This document shows positions 38,743 through 49,206 of a DNA stretch of 64,000 nucleotides, in pieces (the stretch's first letter is position 1; each line of letters starts with the position of its first letter). The notes under the pieces were generated by a model. The model searched no databases and had not been told where the DNA came from. It worked only from the letters and a program-made list of their open reading frames with translations. This DNA is from Bacteroidales bacterium. Lineage in GTDB: Bacteria > Bacteroidota > Bacteroidia > Bacteroidales > UBA932. A program made the position numbers and the translations under genes. The DNA is taken from positions 34,254 to 98,253 of the forward strand of contig JAGBVR010000005.1 in assembly GCA_017630215.1 (NCBI GenBank), in the 5' to 3' direction.

Positions 38743-41189
38743 CAGAATACAAATTTCACATTATGTTTCTTTCCGTCATCCGCGATATGGAATTCACAGA
38801 TTCCCTCCTTCTTGTCCGCAGTCCAGACCTTTCCTTTCTTTGCCTTCACTCCGTCCAGAAGCACTGCCTTAGGAAGTCTTTCGGTGTATATCCTGAAAAT
38901 GAATTCCCTTTCACCCTCGATCTTATAGACGCTTCCTTCTCTCTCCCCTATCTCGATCTCATATCCTTCAGCAGAAGTTGTGCAGGAAACCGGAGTACGG
39001 AGATACTCGCCACGAAGATAGCCGAGATTCTCTCCATCATCCTCATACAATGAGAACTCCGCCTTCTCTCCCTCAATGGCAGGGAACACCTCGAATGTCA
39101 CAGGATATACCTTATGCTCACGGGTATAGTTCATCACCGGCATACGCGGAATGATGCTTCCCTTGCGAACAAACATAGGGATGAAGTTCAATGGAGCATC
39201 CACAGTAAGCCACTGCTCACCGGTGTATTCCGTTTTCTTGTCATTGAAGTCGATCCACAATCCTTCAGGAAGATAGAGATTCTTGGTACGTGCGCTCTTC
39301 TTCACTACCGGAGCCACAAGGATTTCCTGTCCGAACATGAACTGTGCATCCAGATCATACGTCTCTGTGTCCATCGGGAACTCCATAACCATAGGACGCA
39401 TGACTGGAAGTCCAAGGTCGTGCGCCTCGCGAGCATAGGTATAGATATACGGCAGAAGAGTATATTTCAATTCAATGGCTGCCTTTGCATTCTTCTCCGC
39501 CTCTGCTCCGAAGAGCCAAGGCTCGACAGCATTATTACCCTCGTGATGGATACGGCTGAGAGGATTGAATGCACCCAGCTGGAGCCAGCGGGTATAGAGT
39601 TCAGCCATTGCCGGATAATCCTTGATATCACCACAATATCCTGATATATCGGTAGTTGTAAACGGGATCACGCCAAGACCGGCAGACAGAAGCACTGGAA
39701 TCTGATTTGCCATCTGGGCCCAACCTTTGTTCACGTCATCTGCACATCCGCTGTCTCCGGTCCATCCGAAGGTATATCTCTGGAGTCCGGCATAAGCAGC
39801 ACGGGTCATCTGGAATATACGCTTGTCCGGATTGCGCTTGTTAAACTGCTCTGTGACCACCTTATCCCAGGTAAGACCATAGACGTTATGGATCTCAGCG
39901 TGCATTCCCAGATGGTGCTTCATCACAAGGCGCTCCGTTGACTCTTCATTACTCCATGCAGGCTCACCCATATCTGTCCAGAATCCCGCAGCACCATCAT
40001 CAAGAGGCTTCTGCTGATATTCTCCCCACCAGTCAGCCACCTCTGGAAGCGTGAAATCCACCACTCCGCAGTTTCCGCCCCATGGCCAAGGCATATCATA
40101 GCTCTTTCCTGTGGTCACATCCTTCACGAAATAACCGAGACTGTCCGCCTCACGCCATTGTTTCTTATTGGCCTGTGAAATCACAGGATCCTGCGAAAGA
40201 ATCACCTTGAATCCCATGGAATCCAGGTCTGAAAGCATCTTGCGAGGGTTACGATAATTCGGTTTTCTCCACTCGAAGTCCTGCAGATGCTGTGTCCATC
40301 CGATATCCTGATAGATTATATCGCACGGAATGCCTCTTTCACGATAGCCGTTTGCAATCTCATATGTGAGGGTTTCATTGGTGAGAAGACCACGGCACTG
40401 TGCGAAGCCAAGGGCCCAGCGCGGAGGCATGATAGGTTTGCCGGTAAGGCCCACATACTGGGTCATTATCTCCTTGTAATCCTTTCCGAAGATGAAATAA
40501 TATATCATCTCACCATCCGGAGCCTCAAAGCTGTAGTAGTCGCGGCTTTCTGTTCCGAACTTAAACTCTGTCTTGTAAGTATTGTCCAGGAAGATACCAT
40601 AGCGGTAGCTGCTCATAAAGAACGGTATGCTCTTGTAGAGAGGGTCCTCGACTGTACTGTAGCAAGGCTTGTCGCTGTTCCACATCTTGTAGCTCTCGCC
40701 TCTTCGGTCAAGCTTGCCGGTCTTTTCACCAAGTCCGAAGAAATGTTCGTCACGGCGAAGTGACTTGTACTCGACCTTCCTGGTTCCTTCACTTACATGT
40801 CCTTTATCCAGATGGTCGCTGAAAAGCAGTTTCTGCCACTTGTCGAAGATCTGAAGATTGAAAGGATTCTTGTTCACCCTGATACGGAGCTTGTCAGTAA
40901 ATATTTCATAGCAGGCATTCTGCTCATTGACAATCAGCTCACCTATACCCTCAAGATCTTCGTTCACCACAGCAAAAGATTCGTTGCTACGGGTCAATGT
41001 TCCGTCAGGAGAATACCACACTCGTACCACGGAAGGGCTGCAGAGCCTCAACTGAATTACCGAACCGTCTTCAAGAGAGAAGTTTACGCAGCGTCCGTCC
41101 TGCGTATATGAAAGACAATTTCCTGTCACATCGCCCGCATAAAGCATAGGGGCGATGAGACAGAAAATCAATATGAAAATCTTACGCAT
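38742..41189 (-). CDS. GH31 alpha-glucosidase
   Basis: LYKSIPFF, GFWTDMGEP (nucleophile), WTGD, DISGY; likely start MRKIFI at 41189. Confidence 0.94.
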   Translation of the reverse strand: MRKIFILIFCLIAPMLYAGDVTGNCLSYTQDGRCVNFSLEDGSVIQLRLCSPSVVRVWYSPDGTLTRSNESFAVVNEDLEGIGELIVNEQNACYEIFTDKLRIRVNKNPFNLQIFDKWQKLLFSDHLDKGHVSEGTRKVEYKSLRRDEHFFGLGEKTGKLDRRGESYKMWNSDKPCYSTVEDPLYKSIPFFMSSYRYGIFLDNTYKTEFKFGTESRDYYSFEAPDGEMIYYFIFGKDYKEIMTQYVGLTGKPIMPPRWALGFAQCRGLLTNETLTYEIANGYRERGIPCDIIYQDIGWTQHLQDFEWRKPNYRNPRKMLSDLDSMGFKVILSQDPVISQANKKQWREADSLGYFVKDVTTGKSYDMPWPWGGNCGVVDFTLPEVADWWGEYQQKPLDDGAAGFWTDMGEPAWSNEESTERLVMKHHLGMHAEIHNVYGLTWDKVVTEQFNKRNPDKRIFQMTRAAYAGLQRYTFGWTGDSGCADDVNKGWAQMANQIPVLLSAGLGVIPFTTTDISGYCGDIKDYPAMAELYTRWLQLGAFNPLSRIHHEGNNAVEPWLFGAEAEKNAKAAIELKYTLLPYIYTYAREAHDLGLPVMRPMVMEFPMDTETYDLDAQFMFGQEILVAPVVKKSARTKNLYLPEGLWIDFNDKKTEYTGEQWLTVDAPLNFIPMFVRKGSIIPRMPVMNYTREHKVYPVTFEVFPAIEGEKAEFSLYEDDGENLGYLRGEYLRTPVSCTTSAEGYEIEIGEREGSVYKIEGEREFIFRIYTERLPKAVLLDGVKAKKGKVWTADKKEGICEFHIADDGKKHNVKFVF

Positions 41190-41191
41190 AA

Positions 41192-42988
41192 TTACTCGAT
41201 TACAAGCATTGTCCAATACTCAAGCGATGGAATGGTCACTGAAATATAACCGTTCTCCTGAGTGAAGGCGAGCTCCTGGGCAGCACCGGCGTGCTGGTCA
41301 GGTGAAGCCACCCACACCTTGGTCGCCTTTGCATCATACTTGATCTTTACAGGTGACTTGATGACCTTGGCAGGGGCAGGTCTGGTACCCTTGAGGTCTC
41401 TCCAGCTGAGATTGTCCACTGTTCTGAAGTTCAGGAAATTGATGATTGTCCTGCCACCGATCTTCTTGGCATATGTAGTGACGGATGCTTCCTTCGGAGG
41501 CCAATTGTTGAAAGGCACCTTTCTGGTAGCTGTGCTCACCACTTCCACCTGCACCTCAGCCTTCGAGCTTTCTCCACGGAGAAGATTCTGATATGCAGTC
41601 ATGAAGTCATAATAACGCACGATCAGTGTCTTCAGGGCAGGGCTCATCTTGACATCCTGGCTTGGGAAATATTCACGGCAGAGCATATGGTCACCGAGCT
41701 CAAGGTGAGCACCACCGAGGGCAAATATCACCGCATCGGTAAGAAGCACTCCAGGGATATTGAACTCTCTGTTGCTGCATTCGTAGTTCATGTAGGCAGC
41801 AAAGATACTCTTGAGAGTATGGTTGCTGTTCATGTCATTTGTCTTGATGATGGTGTAGAGATCCTTGAACTGGTCTTCGTCTCCCCACACCTCATTGTAG
41901 CAGAAATCCACATTGCCTGTTTCAGCTATCCTGTTCGATCCGTAGCTTGACACCGCATTAAATACCAGCCTCTTGTCCGGATGCGCCTTCTTCATTGCAT
42001 TGATGAATGAGGCATATCCTACAGGAAGGTCCACCTTCTTTCCGTTCCAGTCATAACGAGTGCCGCGGTTTCCGAGCTGGTCGATATGGAATCCGTCGAA
42101 ATCAAGGTGATGATATACCTCCTTGTTGCGTTCGATAAGGTAACTCTGCCACTCGGTATTGCCCGGATTCAGAAGGTAGATATTGCTCTTCCAGCTTCCG
42201 GGAAGAGTATGTGCATCCTGATCCTCACGGCCTGATTTCTTGTATAGGTTCCATTCTTCCTTGACTCCGTCTGCACGGGCATCGTCAAGAGCACCGAATG
42301 CCAGATTATAGAACATAGCCTTCATTCCGTAGCCGTGCTGTACGTCGATATACTTCTTTACAGCAGCATTGTAGACATCACGATTGGCTATGTCCTTATA
42401 GACCTCGTCAAGCTTCTCCATTGTACCTCCGAGAGGCCAATGGTGCTTGTTGTGCCAGTCGTAGAACTGCACGCCATTGATATGGCAGCGGTTCAGGAAT
42501 TCCATTTCCGCCTCGATGACACCTGCATCAAGCTTGTTTTTTCCGAAATCTCCTACGAAACCGTAGCGAGGGAACATTGTCCAGTCACTTGAAACATCTA
42601 CTGCGATGGTTCCGAGCACAAGATCAGTCTTTTCATCTCTCTGACGGTAAACCTCGACCATATAGCCTTGTCCGTCTGCAGATGGAGCTGTCCAGGTCCA
42701 CTGATTTCCGGAAGCGGCATGCTCGTGGATGGTCTCACCCATATGACGGTATCTGATCTTTGCGTCAGAAGGAACATTACCTGTGAATGTAACTTCTTCA
42801 CCAGGAGCATAGATCGCTTTGTCGGTCTTCAGATCGACTGTAATATCTGACTGAACGGCAATAACCTCAGTCACGCTGTTTGTTTCGCCCGGTCCCGGAT
42901 TTATACCAGGATTCTCGCCGTCCTGCGGATCTTTTCCGCAGGACACAGCGAGAATTACCAGGGCTATCGGATATAATAACCTTTTCAC
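41192..42988 (-). CDS. GH66 dextranase/cycloisomaltooligosaccharide glucanotransferase lipoprotein
   Basis: DVSSDWTMFPRYGF, QFYDW, FDGFHIDQLG, YNEVW, GAHLELG; lipobox AVSC. Confidence 0.93.
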   Translation of the reverse strand: MKRLLYPIALVILAVSCGKDPQDGENPGINPGPGETNSVTEVIAVQSDITVDLKTDKAIYAPGEEVTFTGNVPSDAKIRYRHMGETIHEHAASGNQWTWTAPSADGQGYMVEVYRQRDEKTDLVLGTIAVDVSSDWTMFPRYGFVGDFGKNKLDAGVIEAEMEFLNRCHINGVQFYDWHNKHHWPLGGTMEKLDEVYKDIANRDVYNAAVKKYIDVQHGYGMKAMFYNLAFGALDDARADGVKEEWNLYKKSGREDQDAHTLPGSWKSNIYLLNPGNTEWQSYLIERNKEVYHHLDFDGFHIDQLGNRGTRYDWNGKKVDLPVGYASFINAMKKAHPDKRLVFNAVSSYGSNRIAETGNVDFCYNEVWGDEDQFKDLYTIIKTNDMNSNHTLKSIFAAYMNYECSNREFNIPGVLLTDAVIFALGGAHLELGDHMLCREYFPSQDVKMSPALKTLIVRYYDFMTAYQNLLRGESSKAEVQVEVVSTATRKVPFNNWPPKEASVTTYAKKIGGRTIINFLNFRTVDNLSWRDLKGTRPAPAKVIKSPVKIKYDAKATKVWVASPDQHAGAAQELAFTQENGYISVTIPSLEYWTMLVIE

Positions 42989-42990
42989 TA

Positions 42991-44490
42991 TTATTTCTTG
43001 ACGATAGATACTGTTTCCTTAAGCTGATCGAGAGTGATGACGTATGTGCCAGGATCAGAAATCTGCCACTTCTGGTCGAAGCCTCCGTCACCCACATTTA
43101 CATCAAGATACTGATCCTTGCACCAGTCGCTTGACTTGTCCACGAAGAGGATCTTCTCAGTCTCACCAGTCGGAGTCTTTCCTGCCTCTGTAGCCATGAA
43201 CCAGGCACCCATCCAGTCAGACTTCTTGTCGCAAGTGAACTTGAGCTCACCCTCATTGAGGTGACCCTCCCAAGTGAATGTGTATGCATCTGAACCTGCC
43301 TTCATAGGAGTTGCATTGTTAAGGGTCCAGCCAGCAGGCGATGCGCTACCGATGAGGTAGATCATTTCATAAGGCACGAACTCAGCCATAAGCATGCGCT
43401 CTCTACCGTTTCTGATATCGAAGCAGATCTTGTATGCCTTGTTTATCTCAGAATCCTGGAGAGTCCACTTGTTATCAGGGTCGAATCCACTGACGAATAC
43501 AGTACTGCTCTCAGTATAAGGAGCATTTGCATAAGGAGCCTTGAAGTTGTTCTCCCAACTTCCGTTTGTAGTAGCGAACTTGAAGTCACCACCCTTGTCG
43601 AAGAATCGGCCCATACGGAAGAGGAATGGATCCACTGGGTCCACTGTGAGTGGTTCGAAACTCCAGCTTGTCATATTACCGATAAGGTACATGCTGTCGA
43701 AGAGCGGACTCTCTGATGCACTTGGCTTGATGCTTACAGTCAGGTCGAAGAGGTTTACATCCACCTGATAGTTACCTGTTTCCGCTACAGAGAATGTCTC
43801 ATCAGGATCATCATATGTAGCACGGTAAAGGAGCTTTCCTTCCTCTGGGGCCTTGTTGTATGAAGGTACCCAGTCAGTTCTTGTAGTCATGAACTTGAAT
43901 GACTTGTCTGCGATGAGCTTTCCTGTCCATGTGAAGATACCGTTATCCACTTTCTTCATTTCCTCCATAGAATCAAGAGACCAGCCAGTCTTGGTTGCGT
44001 CACCGATGATATAAAGGACAGAATGTACAGGCTTGTATGTAGTCACGTTGAAGGACACTACACTCTCCTGAACTTCATCCACTTCAGGAACTACGGCAAT
44101 CACCCTTGCCTCGAGAGCGAGAGTCTCCTCAGTCTCACCGAAGAATGAACGTATAGCAGTGTTGAACTGTGCAGTTGTCGCCTTGAATGAATATGTCTGG
44201 ATCTTATTGTCAATCACCACATAAGGTGCTGCAAAGTCAGTTCCGGCCTTAGCAATTTCGAGTGTATAGTAGATCTTGTTGCCTGTACCGAAGTTGGTAC
44301 CGGTAGTCCAGGTAAGGGCAAGGGCGTCAGCACCATGCTCTGCCTCATTGAGGACAAACTCAGACGCATTGACCGAAAGAGTCAGCTCGTCGTGTCCCTT
44401 GTCAAGCTCCATATAATTGTCATCCACGCAAGACGCAAGTGCAGCGCATCCGAAGATGACCGAAGCCAATTTCAATATTGTTTTCTTCAT
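42991..44490 (-). CDS. SusE/SusF-family glycan-binding lipoprotein
   Basis: Lipobox LASC, SusE N-domain and three Y(I/L)IG...W starch-binding-type modules. Confidence 0.88.
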   Translation of the reverse strand: MKKTILKLASVIFGCAALASCVDDNYMELDKGHDELTLSVNASEFVLNEAEHGADALALTWTTGTNFGTGNKIYYTLEIAKAGTDFAAPYVVIDNKIQTYSFKATTAQFNTAIRSFFGETEETLALEARVIAVVPEVDEVQESVVSFNVTTYKPVHSVLYIIGDATKTGWSLDSMEEMKKVDNGIFTWTGKLIADKSFKFMTTRTDWVPSYNKAPEEGKLLYRATYDDPDETFSVAETGNYQVDVNLFDLTVSIKPSASESPLFDSMYLIGNMTSWSFEPLTVDPVDPFLFRMGRFFDKGGDFKFATTNGSWENNFKAPYANAPYTESSTVFVSGFDPDNKWTLQDSEINKAYKICFDIRNGRERMLMAEFVPYEMIYLIGSASPAGWTLNNATPMKAGSDAYTFTWEGHLNEGELKFTCDKKSDWMGAWFMATEAGKTPTGETEKILFVDKSSDWCKDQYLDVNVGDGGFDQKWQISDPGTYVITLDQLKETVSIVKK

Positions 44491-44511
44491 ACTTGTATAT
44501 AATCTTTTCTA

Positions 44512-46002
44512 TTAGTATCCAGGATTCTGCTCGATGAGCGGGTTGGCATCTCTCTCTGTCTGAGGGATAGGGAAGATCAGACGGTTGAGGTTTGCGTTTG
44601 TCTTTCCGATAGAGTGGAGGAAATCGATGGCATACTGTCCGTTGTTGATACGGATCATGTCGAACCAGCGATGTCCCTCGAACGCAAGCTCCATACGGCG
44701 CTCGTGGATGATCTTCTCACGCATTGCCTCCTGTGAAAGGCCGCTTACTGCAGGAAGACCTGCACGTCTGCGGACGATATTGAGCGGAGTCTCTGCTGAA
44801 GATGTCTGGCCCATCTCGTTGAGAGCCTCTGCCTTCTTGAGAAGAACGTCTGCATAGCGGTAAACAATCCAGTTTGCAGGATTTGTATTAAACTCCGGAG
44901 ATACTGACTTAGGAACGCAGAACTTACGTACATTGTAACCTGTATTGGAGAAAGTCTTCTTGTAAGCCTTGCCGTCGAAATCAGGACATCCCTCATAGAA
45001 TACTGTAACATCCTTTCTAAGGTCACCCTCTTCCCATTGGCTCATGAACTCTGCAGTAGGCTGATTCCATCCGTATGAACCTGCCACGAAGTCCGAGTTA
45101 CGAGGGCCCATGAATGTAGAAGCCCATGAGCTCTGGCAGCTTCCGCCCCAGAAGTCATACTCTGTGCTTCCTGAATACTGCACCTCGAAGATTGACTCCG
45201 GACCATTGTTGATGGTTGCATCGAAGTTTGCCGCGAAGTCGCATGTAGAAAGATCCCAGCCGTAGCTTGCGATATCCTCGCAAAGAGTCACGACCTCGCT
45301 GTAAAGTGCGTTATTGTTCGGAGCAAGTGTGAGATATACGTCAGCGAGCTGGCACATTGCAGCCTCCTTGCATGCACGGCCAAGGTCTGAACCTGTGTAC
45401 TCTGCCTTTGACGGAAGGAGCTCGATAGCTTTCTGACAGTCCTCGATGATGAGGTCGTAGTTCTCCTGAAGAGTCGCACGTGCGATATGAGCCGAAGTGC
45501 TCGGATCGTAAGGCTCCTTACGGATTGGAACGCTACCGTAAAGACGTACGAGGATATAATAATAGTGTGCGCGGAGGAAGTAAGCCTCACCAAGGCACTG
45601 AGCCTTGATCGACTCATCGATTTCTGCTTCACCAAGACTGCTGATCACGATGTTGCACTGTGCGATGCCAGGCCAAGGTGAACGCCACATATAAAGAGCC
45701 ATACCGTTGTCTGACTGTGTGATGAAGTCAGCTGCCTGGATGGTCTCGAGACCGTCTGTACCACCACCGGCACCTACATTTGAGTTACCGGCAAGGATGT
45801 CGAGGGTCCACATACGCATATTGTAGAGGTTCGAAGACATCAGGGTGCTGTAGCAGGCATTTGTCAATGCGACAGCCACATCCTCTGTCACTGCCATATC
45901 CGGATCGACAGCATCGTATGGCCTCTTCTCAAGAAAATCGCTGCAGGAAGCCATCAGAGCGGCTGCGAGCAAGATCATCGTATATTTAATTGTATTTTTC
46001 AT
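44512..46002 (-). CDS. susD: SusD/RagB lipoprotein
   Basis: SCSDFL, GEAYFLRA, RYADVLL..AEA, ERRMELAFEGHRWFD. Confidence 0.96.
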   Translation of the reverse strand: MKNTIKYTMILLAAALMASCSDFLEKRPYDAVDPDMAVTEDVAVALTNACYSTLMSSNLYNMRMWTLDILAGNSNVGAGGGTDGLETIQAADFITQSDNGMALYMWRSPWPGIAQCNIVISSLGEAEIDESIKAQCLGEAYFLRAHYYYILVRLYGSVPIRKEPYDPSTSAHIARATLQENYDLIIEDCQKAIELLPSKAEYTGSDLGRACKEAAMCQLADVYLTLAPNNNALYSEVVTLCEDIASYGWDLSTCDFAANFDATINNGPESIFEVQYSGSTEYDFWGGSCQSSWASTFMGPRNSDFVAGSYGWNQPTAEFMSQWEEGDLRKDVTVFYEGCPDFDGKAYKKTFSNTGYNVRKFCVPKSVSPEFNTNPANWIVYRYADVLLKKAEALNEMGQTSSAETPLNIVRRRAGLPAVSGLSQEAMREKIIHERRMELAFEGHRWFDMIRINNGQYAIDFLHSIGKTNANLNRLIFPIPQTERDANPLIEQNPGY

Positions 46003-46016
46003 TGTTCTACGGCTGA

Positions 46017-49000
46017 TTAGAAGTTAATGTTCAGTCCTACGCTGTATGTACGAGGGATTGGATAACGCGAAGCATCGATACCATTGATCGAAACCTCAGG
46101 GTCAAATCCTGAATACTTTGAGATAGTGGCTACATTCTCGCATACGAAAGCAAGACGGAGGCCCTGGAGATGAATCTTCTCAAGGAGTCTTGAAGGGAAT
46201 GAGTATGCAAGAGTGATGTTCTTCACGCGGAGGTAAGAACCGTTCTCGACGAATCTGTCAGATACGCGGCAGTTCTGGTTAGGGTCACCGTAAACGGCAC
46301 GTGGCATGAAGTTGCTTGTACCCTCGCCTGTCCATCTTCCGAGAACAGCTGTAGTCTGGTTCATAGCAGCAGCCATACCTGTGTTCTCGATGTTGTTTGC
46401 GTTGTAGATAGAATTTCCTGCCACTCCCTGGAGATACACAGAAAGCTCAAGTCCTTTCCACTCGAAACGGTTGTTCATCGAGAAGAGCCATGTAGGATTA
46501 GGATTTCCGATCACTGTACGGTCTTCCTCGTTGATTACACCGTCGTTGTTAAGGTCACGGTAACGGATGTCACCAGGAGCTGCACCAGGCTGGTATGCGT
46601 GATTCTCCACATCAGTCTCGTTCTGGAAGAGACCGTCTGTAACATATCCGTAGAACACATTGATAGGATAACCCTTCTGGAGCATTGTCACATAAGAGTT
46701 GTTCACCTGGTTGATGTAATAAGGCACGTCGCTGTTGAGGTCGATGATCTTATTGGTATTATAGGTAGCGGAGAGGTCTGTCTCCCAGCTGAACTCACCT
46801 GCAAAGTTTATAGTATGGAGCTGCATCTCGACACCCTGGTTACGTACCTTACCGGCATTGGCGTAAGTCGTACCTGTATCTTCGAATCCTGAAGTGATAG
46901 GAACTGCAGCCTTTACGAGCATGTCGTTTGTATTCTTGATATAACCGTCCACCGAGAGTTCGATGCGTGAGTCAAGGAATGCAATGTCAACACCGATATT
47001 TGTCTGAGCAATTTCTTCCCAGTGAATTGAAGGATTTGCAAGAGTTGCAGAATAGAGAGTAGGAAGACCTGTTCCGTTGAGTGCAGAGCCGAGCGGATAT
47101 ACACCTGTGTTGTATACAGCGAGGTAACCGTAGTTGGAAACACTTGCCTGGCTACCTGTCACACCATAACCTGCACGTACCTTAAGGTCATTCACTGCAG
47201 CACTCTGTGGGAACCAAGACTCCTTGGATGGACGCCAAGCTGCTGATACTGATGGGAATGTACCCCAGCGGTTATTCTTACCAAAACGGCTTGAACCATC
47301 ATGACGAACAGTTGCAGTGATGAGGTAACGATCTGCATAAGAGTAATTTGCACGAGCCATTACAGAGAAGAGTGACCACTCGCTCATGCTTCCGCTGATA
47401 TCCTTCATGGTCTGACCGTTGTTCATCTGGTTTACGCTGTCGAAGAGGAAGTCAGCCTTCTCACCGCTCATGTAGTCATACTTGTTCCACTGAGCCGAAG
47501 TACCGGCCATCAATGAGACATTATGCTTCTTCGCAAATGTGTGGTCGAAGAGGAAATAGTTATCCCAGAGGTATGTGAATGACTTGTTGTTGCTTCTGTA
47601 GCGTGTGCTCTGCTCTACAGCGATAGGCTTCCATGCATACTTAGGAGTGAAGCTGTCTGTATACCAGAACTTGGCGTCATATCCGAATGTGCTTCTGAAC
47701 TTGAGCCATTTTGTGAACTTGATCTCACCGGTAAAGTTTGCAAGGATATTGTATCCCTGAGTCTGAGACTTGTTCATATATGTAGTTCCGATAGGGTTAC
47801 GGACGCTGCCGAACCACTCTGCATTGCCCGTAGGGCCTGACCACTCACCATCCTCATCCTTTACAGAAAGAACCGGAAGGGCATTCATTGTGTCTCCGAT
47901 GCTGTAGCTTCCATTGTCCTTGTTATCTGTGCTGAAGGTGATGTTGCTTGAGATCTTGAGCCAGTTGCGGAGCTGGGTGTCAGTGTTGCTCTGAAGAGTG
48001 AAACGGTTATAGTTTGTATTCTTCACAACACCTGTCTGATCTACAAAACCTGCTGACATATAGTAGCTTGACTTATCGTTTCCACCAGAATAGCTCACAG
48101 AGTAGTTCTGCATCACACCTGTTCCGAGAAGCTCTCCGAGCCAGTCTGTACCAGCACCCAGAACTGAAGGATCCACCCAGTCAGGGTTAGCATTTCTGCC
48201 GCTGTTGATCATCATCTCGTTGCTGAGCTGTGCATACTGGGCTGCATTGAGCATCTGAGGAACATTTGTAGGATTCTGGAAAGAAGCGTTTGCAGACACC
48301 GAGATCTTGCTGTCACCGGACTTACCACGCTTTGTAGTCACCATTACCACACCGTTCGCACCACGTGAACCGTAGATTGCAGTTGCTGATGCATCCTTGA
48401 GAACGTCGATGCGCTCGATGTCGGCTGTATTGATGGCGTTAAGACCGAGGTCGGTAGGGACACCGTCGATAACCACGAGAGGGTCACAGTTATTGATAGA
48501 ACCAAGACCACGGATCTTGATGTTCACATTCGATCCCGGTGAACCTGAGTCAATGATCTGAACACCGGCAACCTTACCCTGAAGAGCCTGTCCGACACTT
48601 GGCATCGGAGAGTCTTTGAGATCCTTGCTGTTTACTGCTGAAACCGCACCAGTAAGGTCGCTCTTTCTGATGGTACCGTAACCGATGACGAGTACTTCCT
48701 CGAGAAGCTCTGTATCCTCGCTGAGGATGATTTCAATTGAAGAAGTTCCGTTTCCGGCAGAAACCTCTTTTGAAAGATAGCCGATGCATGATACCTCAAG
48801 TACAGCACCTGGAGCTACAGTAAGAGTAAAGCGTCCATCCATATCTGCGATGGCTCCGTTTGTCGTGCCTTTCTCAATGATGGAAGCTCCCGGAACACCA
48901 CCTACGGCATCCTTCACCACTCCGCTTACATTGACTTTCTGCGCATATACGCACAAAGGCAGCAACATTCCTAAAATGAATGCAAACATTCGGATTCCGA

Positions 49001-49022
49001 ATGTCCTGTTCTGCTTTAGCAT
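46017..49022 (-). CDS. susC: SusC/RagA TonB-dependent transporter
   Basis: VLKDASATAIYGSRGANGVVMVTTKRG; C-terminal GLNINF. Confidence 0.97.
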   Translation of the reverse strand: MLKQNRTFGIRMFAFILGMLLPLCVYAQKVNVSGVVKDAVGGVPGASIIEKGTTNGAIADMDGRFTLTVAPGAVLEVSCIGYLSKEVSAGNGTSSIEIILSEDTELLEEVLVIGYGTIRKSDLTGAVSAVNSKDLKDSPMPSVGQALQGKVAGVQIIDSGSPGSNVNIKIRGLGSINNCDPLVVIDGVPTDLGLNAINTADIERIDVLKDASATAIYGSRGANGVVMVTTKRGKSGDSKISVSANASFQNPTNVPQMLNAAQYAQLSNEMMINSGRNANPDWVDPSVLGAGTDWLGELLGTGVMQNYSVSYSGGNDKSSYYMSAGFVDQTGVVKNTNYNRFTLQSNTDTQLRNWLKISSNITFSTDNKDNGSYSIGDTMNALPVLSVKDEDGEWSGPTGNAEWFGSVRNPIGTTYMNKSQTQGYNILANFTGEIKFTKWLKFRSTFGYDAKFWYTDSFTPKYAWKPIAVEQSTRYRSNNKSFTYLWDNYFLFDHTFAKKHNVSLMAGTSAQWNKYDYMSGEKADFLFDSVNQMNNGQTMKDISGSMSEWSLFSVMARANYSYADRYLITATVRHDGSSRFGKNNRWGTFPSVSAAWRPSKESWFPQSAAVNDLKVRAGYGVTGSQASVSNYGYLAVYNTGVYPLGSALNGTGLPTLYSATLANPSIHWEEIAQTNIGVDIAFLDSRIELSVDGYIKNTNDMLVKAAVPITSGFEDTGTTYANAGKVRNQGVEMQLHTINFAGEFSWETDLSATYNTNKIIDLNSDVPYYINQVNNSYVTMLQKGYPINVFYGYVTDGLFQNETDVENHAYQPGAAPGDIRYRDLNNDGVINEEDRTVIGNPNPTWLFSMNNRFEWKGLELSVYLQGVAGNSIYNANNIENTGMAAAMNQTTAVLGRWTGEGTSNFMPRAVYGDPNQNCRVSDRFVENGSYLRVKNITLAYSFPSRLLEKIHLQGLRLAFVCENVATISKYSGFDPEVSINGIDASRYPIPRTYSVGLNINF

Positions 49023-49206
49023 AATGAATTGAGTTTATTGTTAATGATTTGGTTATTTTGTTATTATGAAGACAAAATAACTAAATGTGCAGACAAAATC
49101 AAAGGAACGGTAGCCAATTAGTAGTGATTTGAGCACATACCAAAAACACATACCATTGGTAATCAAAATGTTAGCTTTTAAGGATAGACGTAAAAATAGT
49201 AGTGGA

